Positions 50,990 to 60,048 of a DNA stretch of 64,000 bases are shown here, one piece after another. The position numbers and the translations under genes are program-made. Below the pieces are notes generated by a model. It ran no database searches. It had not been told where the DNA came from and saw only the letters and a list, made by a program, of their open reading frames with translations. Source of the DNA: an uncultured Pseudoalteromonas sp. (lineage in GTDB: Bacteria > Pseudomonadota > Gammaproteobacteria > Enterobacterales > Alteromonadaceae); contig CANLRB010000008.1 of the NCBI GenBank assembly GCA_947493455.1, positions 23,173 to 87,172 of the forward strand, in the 5' to 3' direction. Numbering within the stretch: position 1 is the first letter of the stretch; each line of letters begins with the position of its first letter.

Positions 50990-52394
50990 GTTGCCTGAAA
51001 CCTCTGTTAAAGAAGCAAAAGAACGGGTTCGCAGCGCGTTACTGAATAGTCATTTTTCGATGCCAGAACACCGTATTACGGTGAACCTTGCTCCGGCAGA
51101 TTTGCCCAAGCAAGGTGGGCGATTTGACGTTGCAATCGCAATTGGTATTTTGCTGGCGTCGCAACAACTGGCCTTTTCAGATGTTGATCAATATGAATTT
51201 TACGGTGAACTTGCATTAAGTGGTGAAATCCGCGCTGTTAATGGCATTCTACCAATCTTAATGTCGGCCACCGAGCAACAAAAGCACTGCGTCATTCCAA
51301 TAGGCAACCAAAATGAAGCACAGCTTGTTGCCAATGCGAACTATGTTGTTGCGGCTTCACTGCATAGCTTGTGTTTGATGCTCAACGGCCAACGCGCGCT
51401 CGAATTTTCAAGTTCAATTAGTAAACCTGCGTCATTTTATGACTATGATATCGATTTAATTGAAGTTAAAGGGCAATCTCAAGCGAAGCGCGCATTAGAA
51501 ATTGCTGCGGCAGGTGGTCATCATTTACTTTTTTTGGGCCCTCCCGGTACAGGCAAGTCAATGCTTGCGCAGCGCATGGCAACAATATTGCCTGAACTGA
51601 CCGAACGTGAAGCCCTACAAACCGCAACAGTGTATTCTATTATTGGCAAAGATATTGATGGCCAACAATGGCGAAAACGCCCATTTCGCAGTCCACACCA
51701 TACCTGTTCGGCGGTCGCGTTGGTGGGGGGATCGTCAACACCCAAACCCGGCGAAATTAGCTTGGCACACAATGGTGTGTTGTTCTTAGATGAATTAACC
51801 GAATTTGAACGTAAAGTAATTGATAGTTTGCGCGAACCACTTGAAACACAAAAAGTGACTATTTCTCGCGCTGCGCAGCAATGCGAATTTCCAGCTAACT
51901 TTCAGTTAGTTTGTGCATTAAATCCGAGCCCCACAGGGTGTGACAATGATGGCCGTTCTTCGCCAGACCAAATTCTTAAGTACTTAAATAAAGTATCGGG
52001 TCCGTTTATTGACCGCATTGACATGCAAGTTGAACTACCGCGTTTAACAACGGCAGAGCTACAATCACAGGCAACAGGCGAAAGCTCTCAGCAAGTTCGA
52101 GAGCGAGTATGCAGAGCACGCAATATGCAGTGGCAACGTCAAGCGAAGTTAAATAGCGATCTTGCTAATCGGGATATTCAACAATACTGCGTATTAAACC
52201 AAGAATGTTTATCATTTTTGGCAAAAGTAACGGATAAATTGGCGCTGTCACCGCGCGGTTACCACCGCACAATTAAAGTGGCGCGGACCATTGCAGATTT
52301 AAGTGAACGAGAGCAAATTGCTTTGGCTGATTTAAAAGAGGCCGTGGCATATCGTGCGTTTGAACGACTTATAAACAGATTAACCAGATTTTGA
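50982..52394 (+). pseudogene. comM: comM (yifB) 3' portion (codons ~34 to end)
   Basis: IVGLPETSVKEAKERVRSAL... continues the 5' fragment in frame. Walker A GPPGTGKS and the Mg-chelatase/AAA+ ComM family. The joined product would be about 503 aa. Confidence 0.92.
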
Positions 52395-52473
52395 AATTTA
52401 AGCTATACGCCGTGTTGCGTGGTGATTAACCAGCTGTTAACATGTGAATTGGTGTAATAGTAAAGGAGTAGAT

Positions 52474-54189
52474 ATGAAAAAGTTAGCTTTCGTTATTGGC
52501 TGTTTGTTTTCCAGTTACGTTTCTGCCGATGCAGATCAGGCTATGGATTTATATCTCAACCAAAATTATGCCGAAGCGTTTGAGCTTTTTAGAATGTCGG
52601 CTGAGCTAGGCCATGCCAAAAGTCAATTTAATTTAGGTGTGCAATACTTGCGAGGGCAAGGGGTTAAAGCAGATCCTGTTATGGCGTATAGCTATTTGAC
52701 CCTTGCACTCGAAAATGGCTTTAAAATGGCTCGCCAAGCACAAAAAACAGTGACACGCCGTTTGACCCCGGAGCAATTAGCGAAAGCTGAAAACATTGCC
52801 GCAGACTTTATCGCTAAATATGGCGCTAATGGTTCGGAAAATATAAAACATGCGCTCGTGTTTGACCGTAGTTACAACCCGACGCCAAAACGCACCGAAA
52901 ATCCAGAAGCTAAATACCCAAGTGGTTTGTTTGATGACGGTGTGCCTGGACTTGCACGTTATATGTTTGATATTGATCGCAATGGTAAAGTGCGAGACCT
53001 GCAACTATTGCAATCCTACCCCAGTTCTGAATTTGCACAGAGTGTTGCACAAAAATTAGAAGATTCTCGTTATCAAGTCGTCAAGATTAATGGCACTCTG
53101 CGAAAGTTTGCCCAAGGTCAGTTTAGCGGTGTATTTAAACGAACAGATATGCCGCAAGAAACGCGTGATAAACTCGACAAAAAGAAAAAGCAGTTGTTAG
53201 GAAAAGCGCGTTCAGGTAACGCTGCGGCGCAAGCTGAACTTGCTGATTTACTAGAGTTAATTAATGATAAGCCAGAGTCAGAATATAGTTTGGTAAGTCG
53301 CGACAAAATTGTGAGCGCAGCAAATTTACCGAAAATCCGCCTTGATCAACGCTCAATTGCGCCGTTTTCTCCTAACTCTGCGTTTGCGCAAGAACATTAC
53401 AATTTGAAGTTTTTAGTGTGGCTGGATGCACAAGGTAATCTGACAAGACAGCAGGCATTCGATATTCATGCAGATGTGCCAAATGCGCTGCGAGAGAGAG
53501 CGCTGACCGCGATGTCCAGTTGGCAAGTCGAAATACTATCTAAAGGTAATGTAAAGGCTGAAAACGGGCCTTACATGGCTGAGTTTTATTATAATAATGA
53601 AGCCCGAAGTAAAGAATTTTCAAACCATTTGACTCGTTCGCATACAACGTTAAAACCGATTGTCAATCGACCAGAGCTAGAGCAAGCTCGGTATTGGCGT
53701 TTACAAGCAGCGCAAGCAGGACATGTAGAAAGTTTGATGTTGTTGGGCGCCAACTGCAATATGACATTGCTTAGTGTAGCGGCCAAGATGCAATATACAC
53801 CTGCTAAAACACTTGCAGCAAAATGTTTATTAAATCGTGTTACAACGAGTAAAGCACAGTTAGAACAAGCTAAATCATGGTTGTTATCGGCATCAGAAGA
53901 TGGTGACTATGTTGCGATGCGAGAAATAGCAGGCGTTTATGCTAAACACTCCCATAATCGAGGCGAACTTGAAAGGGCAATTGAACTGGCGACAGCTGCT
54001 GGTGATGAAACGGATGATCCATGGGCTTTTGAATATATGGCTGCGGCGTATGCTAAGTTAGGCTTATTTGATGAAGCGATCGATGCGCAAAAAGATGCCA
54101 TTAAGAAAGGATGGAATCGCGATTATAATGTGGAGCGTTCAGAGCAGCGCCTTGCCGCTTACGAAAATTCAGAATTAGCAGCTTGGTAG
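52474..54189 (+). CDS. Sel1-repeat protein with an internal TonB C-terminal-like domain
   Basis: Signal peptide MKKLAFVIGCLFSSYVSA. Sel1 repeats (AELGHAKSQFNLGVQYLRGQGV). TonB_C-like segment YPSGLFDDGVPGLARYMFDIDRNGKVRDLQLL. Confidence 0.7.
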   Translation: MKKLAFVIGCLFSSYVSADADQAMDLYLNQNYAEAFELFRMSAELGHAKSQFNLGVQYLRGQGVKADPVMAYSYLTLALENGFKMARQAQKTVTRRLTPEQLAKAENIAADFIAKYGANGSENIKHALVFDRSYNPTPKRTENPEAKYPSGLFDDGVPGLARYMFDIDRNGKVRDLQLLQSYPSSEFAQSVAQKLEDSRYQVVKINGTLRKFAQGQFSGVFKRTDMPQETRDKLDKKKKQLLGKARSGNAAAQAELADLLELINDKPESEYSLVSRDKIVSAANLPKIRLDQRSIAPFSPNSAFAQEHYNLKFLVWLDAQGNLTRQQAFDIHADVPNALRERALTAMSSWQVEILSKGNVKAENGPYMAEFYYNNEARSKEFSNHLTRSHTTLKPIVNRPELEQARYWRLQAAQAGHVESLMLLGANCNMTLLSVAAKMQYTPAKTLAAKCLLNRVTTSKAQLEQAKSWLLSASEDGDYVAMREIAGVYAKHSHNRGELERAIELATAAGDETDDPWAFEYMAAAYAKLGLFDEAIDAQKDAIKKGWNRDYNVERSEQRLAAYENSELAAW

Positions 54190-54215
54190 CTTACCAGTAA
54201 AGCACATAGAAATAG

Positions 54216-54242
54216 AAAAGGCGGTCAATCCGCCTTTTTTTA
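54216..54242. terminator. Bidirectional rho-independent terminator
   Basis: AAAAGGCGG-TCAAT-CCGCCTTTTTTTT. Confidence 0.8.
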
Positions 54243-54932
54243 TCCGAGTGTAAGCATATAACCTTTGCCACGTACAGTGACAATACGTTTTTGGTCTTTC
54301 TCGTCACCGAGTTTTTTACGTAGACGCCCGACTAAAACATCAACGGTGCGATCTGCCGGACTCCAATCAGGTTGGCCGATCTCTTCTGACAACTTCTCTC
54401 GTGACGTCGCTTTACCAGCATTGCCGATTAATGTAATGAGCACCTTGTGTTCGGCTTCTGTTAGTCTAATTTCGTCACCACCCCCAATAATGAGTGTGCG
54501 GTGCTCGGGATGAAGCTTCAAATCAGCGTATTCGATGTAATCGTCATTTTCGTCGTTTTGGAACAGCGCAAGACGTTTTGCCAGTGCGAGTAATCTCAGT
54601 TCGAGTTCAAGTAAATCGACAGGTTTACAAATATAGTCGTCAGCACCTTGCGCTAAACCGAGAATACGATCAGCTTGAGAGTCCCGACTTGAAAGCATCA
54701 CAATACCGATATCTGATATTGTGCCGAGCTCTTTTGCAAGGGCTAAACCGTCTTTCTCAGGCAGTACAATGTCGATAACCGCAAGCTTAATGTCAGGGTT
54801 TTCACGCAATAAATTGAGAGCATTGGCACCAGTTGTATCGATTACGAACGAAAAATCACGATTGTCAAAGTGAGTTTGTATTCGTTTAATGAGTAATGAG
54901 TCGTCTTCGACCAGCAGTACTTTTATTGGCAT
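54240..54932 (-). CDS. OmpR-family response regulator
   Basis: MPIKVLLVEDD acidic pocket, the AVIDIVLP phospho-Asp context, and a C-terminal wHTH (VDVLVGRLRKKL...VRGKGY). The ATG at 54932 is preferred. Confidence 0.9.
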   Translation of the reverse strand: MPIKVLLVEDDSLLIKRIQTHFDNRDFSFVIDTTGANALNLLRENPDIKLAVIDIVLPEKDGLALAKELGTISDIGIVMLSSRDSQADRILGLAQGADDYICKPVDLLELELRLLALAKRLALFQNDENDDYIEYADLKLHPEHRTLIIGGGDEIRLTEAEHKVLITLIGNAGKATSREKLSEEIGQPDWSPADRTVDVLVGRLRKKLGDEKDQKRIVTVRGKGYMLTLG

Positions 54933-55035
54933 ATTGAACTTTCCAATGCTTTTTTTTAATAGTATCACCAAAGAGTTATTTGATGAAAAGTAATCATGCG
55001 TTAATTTATTTTAAAAAACGCAAAAATAGCGATAT

Positions 55036-55060
55036 AGGGCACAACATGAAGTTGTGCCCT
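55036..55060 (-). terminator. Terminator hairpin after the S9 peptidase gene
   Basis: AGGGCACAAC-ATGAA-GTTGTGCCCT. Confidence 0.6.
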
Positions 55061-55070
55061 CTGTTATAAA

Positions 55071-57536
55071 TTATTTTTTATTTGGGTACAAATGATTCCA
55101 CCATTGAGGTTGATCTTTTAAGTACTTATCAAAGTAAGCAAGTTTTGTATTCCACCAGTGAAAACGCTTATCACGGGCGAATATTTGATGATCAGCACCT
55201 TTATACTCTACTAATTCAACATCTTGCTCTAATAACTTAAGCGCAGTATACATGTTATGGCTCTCTCCTGGAGGGACATTTGTGTCGGCATCGCCATGAA
55301 TTAGCAATAATGGCGTAGTTACTTTGTCGGCATGAAACACTGGGCTGTGTTGCGAGTACAACTGCGCATTGTTCCAAGGAAAGCTTAATTTTGACGCTTC
55401 ACCTGAATATAGGTAGCCCCACCAACCTTGTCCCCAGTAAGATGTGATATTTGAAATTCCCGCATGTGCTATTGAAGCGCTAAACATATCTGTTTTGGTA
55501 GCCAATAACATGGTCATAAAGCCGCCATAAGAAGCGCCTAGATTACCGACTTTCTTTGCATCAACAAATGAATACTGATTCAGAAAAGCTTGTGTGCCTT
55601 CGATGATATCGTTTGCTGTATACTGGCCCCAAGCATTGACATGCTTAGCTGAAAATTCTTGGCCAAAACCCGTTGCGCCTGTCGGTTGTAACACATAGAC
55701 CACATAGCCATTCTCAGCCCAAAAATTAAATGGGTAGCGACCAGTAAATCCACGTGTCACAGGAGATGTACCGCCATAGTAATAGACGAGGGCTGGGTAC
55801 TTTTTAGATTTGTCTAATTTAGTTGGCAAATAAACTCGGCCATGAATTTCAACGTCGTCACTGTTGGTAAAGTTAAACTCTTCGAGTTTAGGAATGCGTG
55901 TATTTTTATAGGCTAATGATTGAGAGTTCCACAGCGTTTTTACATTTTTGGCAGTTAATTTTGATTTAAAGCCGACTTGTTGTGGTGTTGATGCCGTGGT
56001 ACCAGCGAAAACAATACTGGGTGATTTACCAAGTGACAGGGTGTGGCGCTCTACAATATCTAAGTTTGTATTTATTTTGTTGAACTTGTTTTTGCTTTCA
56101 TCGAATAGATAGAGTTGTTTGGTATCTTTTTCGGTTACAGACAAAACGACATCATTATTTTGTAACACGTCAAAACGTCCAATGGCAGGGTCAAAGCGCT
56201 TACTTAATGGTGTTACATCCTTGCCATCTAAGCTAACTTTATAAAGTTGGCCATCATAATTATTTGGCAATAGGCCATCACTGAGTGCAATGCCTGCACC
56301 ATTCATAAACGCAGGGCCTGCATTAATATAGAGATGATCATCGCCATATTTAGCACCATTAAAAGTACGGTACTGGCCAATTGTTTTTTCACTGTTGTCA
56401 TTTAACGAGACTTCAACGAGTTCCGTGAGCATATGCGGCGGCGCTTTGTAGTCTTGATGGCTCCGCGATACCAAAACAGTGTTTCTTTGTTTATCGAAAT
56501 CTTGTAATGAATGGCTGTGTTTAGGTGAAGTCAGCTGACGCACAAACCCTGATGCGATATCTAGCATATAAACTTGATTGGTATTACGTGCGTATGACCA
56601 ACGATCTTCCAACCCTTGGTAATGTTTAGTTAATGACGTCGATTTTTTTGCAGGTTTGTTCCAGCTAAAGAGTAAACTTGTATCTGAAATATAGCGAAGG
56701 TTGCTAATACCGCTTAACTGCTCTGATAGCAAAGTGCGCTCAAATGTTTTGCGGTTGAGCTGCCAGAGGCTTCCTTGGCTTGTATATACAAGGTATTTAT
56801 TGTTTTCACTCCAAGTAAAATTGCTCGCCGATGCTTGCCACGCGTACAATGTTTTCATTGACTTGGTGTCTTTAAGTTCAATGTGTCGGAGCGCTTTATT
56901 TTTGTTTTTATCATTATAGCGTTTCGTTGCTACAATCAGTTGCTTGGCATTTGGTGATAGGCTTAAGCTGCTAACCGTTGGGCTATCGAATAGCTGTTTT
57001 GCTGATAGTTGTGAAATTGGCTCACGGCTAATGGTAACTGTGTCGTGTTCATCTTTACCAGTAAAATCTAACGCCACCTTGTTCCAGTCATCAACTTGCT
57101 CAGCGATAAATAAAACCAAGTGTTCCCCAGTTGGTAGTTTAAGTTGGTAACTATTTTTAGTGCCACTAACTTCCTCGCCATTGACAAACAATGAGCCGGT
57201 TTTGACCGCGTCAATCGTCAGCTTTCCTTGGGTAAAGCGATCGACTGTGATTTTAAATTTAAGAGCTTGTAAGCCGGGAGTTGTCAGAGCACTTACTTTA
57301 TTTAATGGTTGCCATGAAAGTGTTTCATCGAAAACGGTTAAATTCTTGTCATTGGTGAGTAGCTGACGACTCAGATTGCTAATGAGTTTTGATTTTTGGC
57401 TGGTCTCAAATGGTTTGAATTGTGCATTTGCACCAATTGGACCTAGATAAGAGATATTCTGTTTATCGAGTTCAGCTGCATAACTTGCGTGGCAAAGACC
57501 AGCTAGTATTGACGCTGTAATAATTCGTTTGATCAT
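55071..57536 (-). CDS. Secreted S9-family (prolyl oligopeptidase/dipeptidyl-peptidase-like) serine peptidase
   Basis: 821 aa with a signal peptide, a beta-propeller N-terminal region and the catalytic contexts GASYGGFM, HGDADTNV and GADHQI. Confidence 0.88.
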   Translation of the reverse strand: MIKRIITASILAGLCHASYAAELDKQNISYLGPIGANAQFKPFETSQKSKLISNLSRQLLTNDKNLTVFDETLSWQPLNKVSALTTPGLQALKFKITVDRFTQGKLTIDAVKTGSLFVNGEEVSGTKNSYQLKLPTGEHLVLFIAEQVDDWNKVALDFTGKDEHDTVTISREPISQLSAKQLFDSPTVSSLSLSPNAKQLIVATKRYNDKNKNKALRHIELKDTKSMKTLYAWQASASNFTWSENNKYLVYTSQGSLWQLNRKTFERTLLSEQLSGISNLRYISDTSLLFSWNKPAKKSTSLTKHYQGLEDRWSYARNTNQVYMLDIASGFVRQLTSPKHSHSLQDFDKQRNTVLVSRSHQDYKAPPHMLTELVEVSLNDNSEKTIGQYRTFNGAKYGDDHLYINAGPAFMNGAGIALSDGLLPNNYDGQLYKVSLDGKDVTPLSKRFDPAIGRFDVLQNNDVVLSVTEKDTKQLYLFDESKNKFNKINTNLDIVERHTLSLGKSPSIVFAGTTASTPQQVGFKSKLTAKNVKTLWNSQSLAYKNTRIPKLEEFNFTNSDDVEIHGRVYLPTKLDKSKKYPALVYYYGGTSPVTRGFTGRYPFNFWAENGYVVYVLQPTGATGFGQEFSAKHVNAWGQYTANDIIEGTQAFLNQYSFVDAKKVGNLGASYGGFMTMLLATKTDMFSASIAHAGISNITSYWGQGWWGYLYSGEASKLSFPWNNAQLYSQHSPVFHADKVTTPLLLIHGDADTNVPPGESHNMYTALKLLEQDVELVEYKGADHQIFARDKRFHWWNTKLAYFDKYLKDQPQWWNHLYPNKK

Positions 57537-57769
57537 TGATGTTCCCCTGAAAATTCTTAGTTAAATCATACCTAGTTTCTTTTTGTGAGTGCAATTTTTT
57601 GGGACAAATGAAAACGAACAAAGTGTTCAATATTGCATACAATATGAATTTACGACAATTAATTAGTCGATTTAAAGCAAATTAGTTAGCAGGCGACACT
57701 GGCGTGTGTGAACAAAGTTAAGGTAAACTAAACTTATCTTACAATGAACCACATCTTTAAGGAGCTATT

Positions 57770-58867
57770 TTGGTTCTGTTGTTAACCTATATGTTTTTAG
57801 CTATAGGTATATCGTTTATTTGCTCAATAATGGAAGCTGTATTACTGAGCATCACGCCAAGCTATACTGCCAGTTTAAAGAAAACAAAGCCGCAGTTATC
57901 AGATCGTATTCAAAAACTAAAAGAAAAAGTTGATCAACCCCTTGCTGCGATTTTAACGTTAAATACTGTTGCTCATACTGCGGGTGCCGCAGGCGTTGGT
58001 GCACAAGCTGCAGCCGTGTTCGGTGACGCCGCCATTGGCATCGCATCGGCGGTGATGACCTTATTAGTACTGGTGCTATCGGAAATTATACCTAAAACAC
58101 TGGGCGCAAACTATTGGCGAGCGTTGGCACCTCTGGTAACGACCTGTTTATTGATTTTGGTGAAGGTACTTAAACCATTTATTTGGTTGTCAGACATTAT
58201 TACTAAGATGTTGGGCTCTAAAGCCGATGAATCTCACTATATTCGTGATGAAATTGAAGCGATGGCTGATCTAGGGCATGAAGCGGGAGCTTTACAACAA
58301 GAAGAAAGCCAAATCATCAGCAGTTTATTAAAATTCCGTTCAATGAAGCTCGACGCATTATTAACACCGCGTACTGTACTATTTAAAGTGCATAAAGATA
58401 TGACGGTGGATGAGTATTTGAGTGAACATGGCTCAGTGTCATTTTCGCGGGTATTGATTTTTGATAAAGATGGTGACGATATCATTGGCTTTGTGCATAA
58501 AAATGACATCATGCTTGCACATCACAGGTTAGGCCAAGATTACCGCATCGGTAAGCTGGCGCAGCCATTATACACAGTGCCTGAAACACTGCACGTCCCG
58601 AGTTTATTTCAGACCTTACTTGAAAAACGCATTCATATTTGCCTTGTAGTTGATGAGTATGGCGATATTCAAGGTATTGTGACGCTTGAAGATATGATTG
58701 AAACCTTAATGGGAATGGAAATTGTAGATGAGCGTGAACAAACGCTAGATATGCAAGTGATGGCGAAAGAAAAGTGGCAAGCGCGTATGGCTAGCCATGA
58801 TAATTTAATTCATAACAAAGAAGAGTCAGATGACACTGACGAATCGTCCTCAAATAAACCATTGTAA
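57770..58867 (+). CDS. CNNM/DUF21 plus CBS-pair membrane protein (HlyC/CorC-type transporter family)
   Basis: TTG start 5 nt after AAGGAG. N-terminal 4-TM DUF21. CBS pair (IGFVHKNDI, IQGIVTLEDMIE). Confidence 0.82.
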   Translation: MVLLLTYMFLAIGISFICSIMEAVLLSITPSYTASLKKTKPQLSDRIQKLKEKVDQPLAAILTLNTVAHTAGAAGVGAQAAAVFGDAAIGIASAVMTLLVLVLSEIIPKTLGANYWRALAPLVTTCLLILVKVLKPFIWLSDIITKMLGSKADESHYIRDEIEAMADLGHEAGALQQEESQIISSLLKFRSMKLDALLTPRTVLFKVHKDMTVDEYLSEHGSVSFSRVLIFDKDGDDIIGFVHKNDIMLAHHRLGQDYRIGKLAQPLYTVPETLHVPSLFQTLLEKRIHICLVVDEYGDIQGIVTLEDMIETLMGMEIVDEREQTLDMQVMAKEKWQARMASHDNLIHNKEESDDTDESSSNKPL

Positions 58868-58878
58868 GCGTTGTGTGA

Positions 58879-59232
58879 GTGATGGGTAAATTCACTCGCA
58901 TTGCCTTGGTGTTACAGCCGTTTGCACGACTATTTGTGCTGCTAAGTATTTTAGCAGCATTGACCTTACTTTATTCACTGCTATTCTCACGCACACTGGA
59001 CCATTGGCAAGTGCCTCTCATTGTTGCTACGTGTTGGGGCTTTATGAGTTATTTGTTTATTCGCATTTTTGCGGTGACGTTTGCTGATAACATAAAAAAT
59101 GCGTCCTTTTGGCAACGCATTAAGTTTAAAATAAAGCGCGCATTTCACTATATGATCGCGACAATTACCCTTGTTTTATCGTTTTTTTGTGTATTTTTAA
59201 CGATACGTTTGCTTAAAGTTTGGTGGTCGTAA
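58879..59232 (+). CDS. Hypothetical membrane protein
   Basis: 117 aa with three predicted TM helices. GTG at 58879 or ATG at 58882. Confidence 0.5.
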   Translation: MMGKFTRIALVLQPFARLFVLLSILAALTLLYSLLFSRTLDHWQVPLIVATCWGFMSYLFIRIFAVTFADNIKNASFWQRIKFKIKRAFHYMIATITLVLSFFCVFLTIRLLKVWWS

Positions 59233-59403
59233 TAAATGTTAATAATTCGATAATGAAATTTATTTTGGAGGTTTTATCTTTTTTGTGTGGTAAATTTAGA
59301 TAAAGTCACCTATTAAGCCCTGATTTTTTCGTAATTCAAATCATATAACCTTTCAAAAAAGAATAAAATTCGCACACCCAAAATTTCCCTATAGTGGATA
59401 CCC

Positions 59404-60036
59404 ATGTCGCAATTGAACAACCAGAACTTATTGCAATTACGTTTTTTAGGGCAGGCATTTATTGACCAAGTAAAGCCTTCGTTTAATTTACTACCTTCGA
59501 ACCCATACGCTGATGGCGCATTTAGGTTACGTCGTTACTCTGTAGTGAAATTAGTTAATGACGAAATTGCGTTGCAGCCAGCCAAAGCCTTTGTACAGGA
59601 CGATTCAATTAATCAGTTTCAAGGTAATGTTGCACGTGAATATGAAAACTTGAGCCAAGAATTACTCGCAACAGATGGCTTCAAGCATATTGTTACTCAG
59701 TTTATAGAAATGAGTGGCATTGAAGCTGATTCAGACATTGAAGTGCATCAATTTCGCATGTTAGCGATAGACTCAGATACACCGCCGGCACCTGAAGGGA
59801 TTCACCAAGATGGTTTTGACCACGTTTGTGTGTGTGGTATCGCCCATGAAAACATTCAAGGTGGCGAGTTTTTAGTGTACGAAGAAAAAGACGCGCAACC
59901 GTGTTTCAAAATGGAAATAAAAGACGGCATGTTTGCCATTATTAACGATCGTGAAGTATGGCATAACGCAACCCCAATGAATAAAATTGATGCGCAGAAG
60001 CAAGGTTACTTAGATTGCTTTGTACTGACGGCTTAA
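59404..60036 (+). CDS. 2OG-Fe(II) dioxygenase family protein (PF10014-like, amino-acid hydroxylase type)
   Basis: HQDGFDH facial-triad context (HxD) and a distal WHNATP His. 210 aa. Confidence 0.7.
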   Translation: MSQLNNQNLLQLRFLGQAFIDQVKPSFNLLPSNPYADGAFRLRRYSVVKLVNDEIALQPAKAFVQDDSINQFQGNVAREYENLSQELLATDGFKHIVTQFIEMSGIEADSDIEVHQFRMLAIDSDTPPAPEGIHQDGFDHVCVCGIAHENIQGGEFLVYEEKDAQPCFKMEIKDGMFAIINDREVWHNATPMNKIDAQKQGYLDCFVLTA

Positions 60037-60048
60037 GGGAAAACAGAT

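Noticed and set aside
44020-50995. Inverted-repeat symmetry in a reconstructed attP around the CAATTG core of the junction repeat, as expected for serine-integrase sites. Terminal inverted repeats at the island ends were also looked for.
   Set aside because: Manual comparison of the arms gave only ~7 of 15 matches beyond the palindrome itself, and no terminal IRs. This is not distinguishable from chance, so the exact crossover dinucleotide is left undefined.
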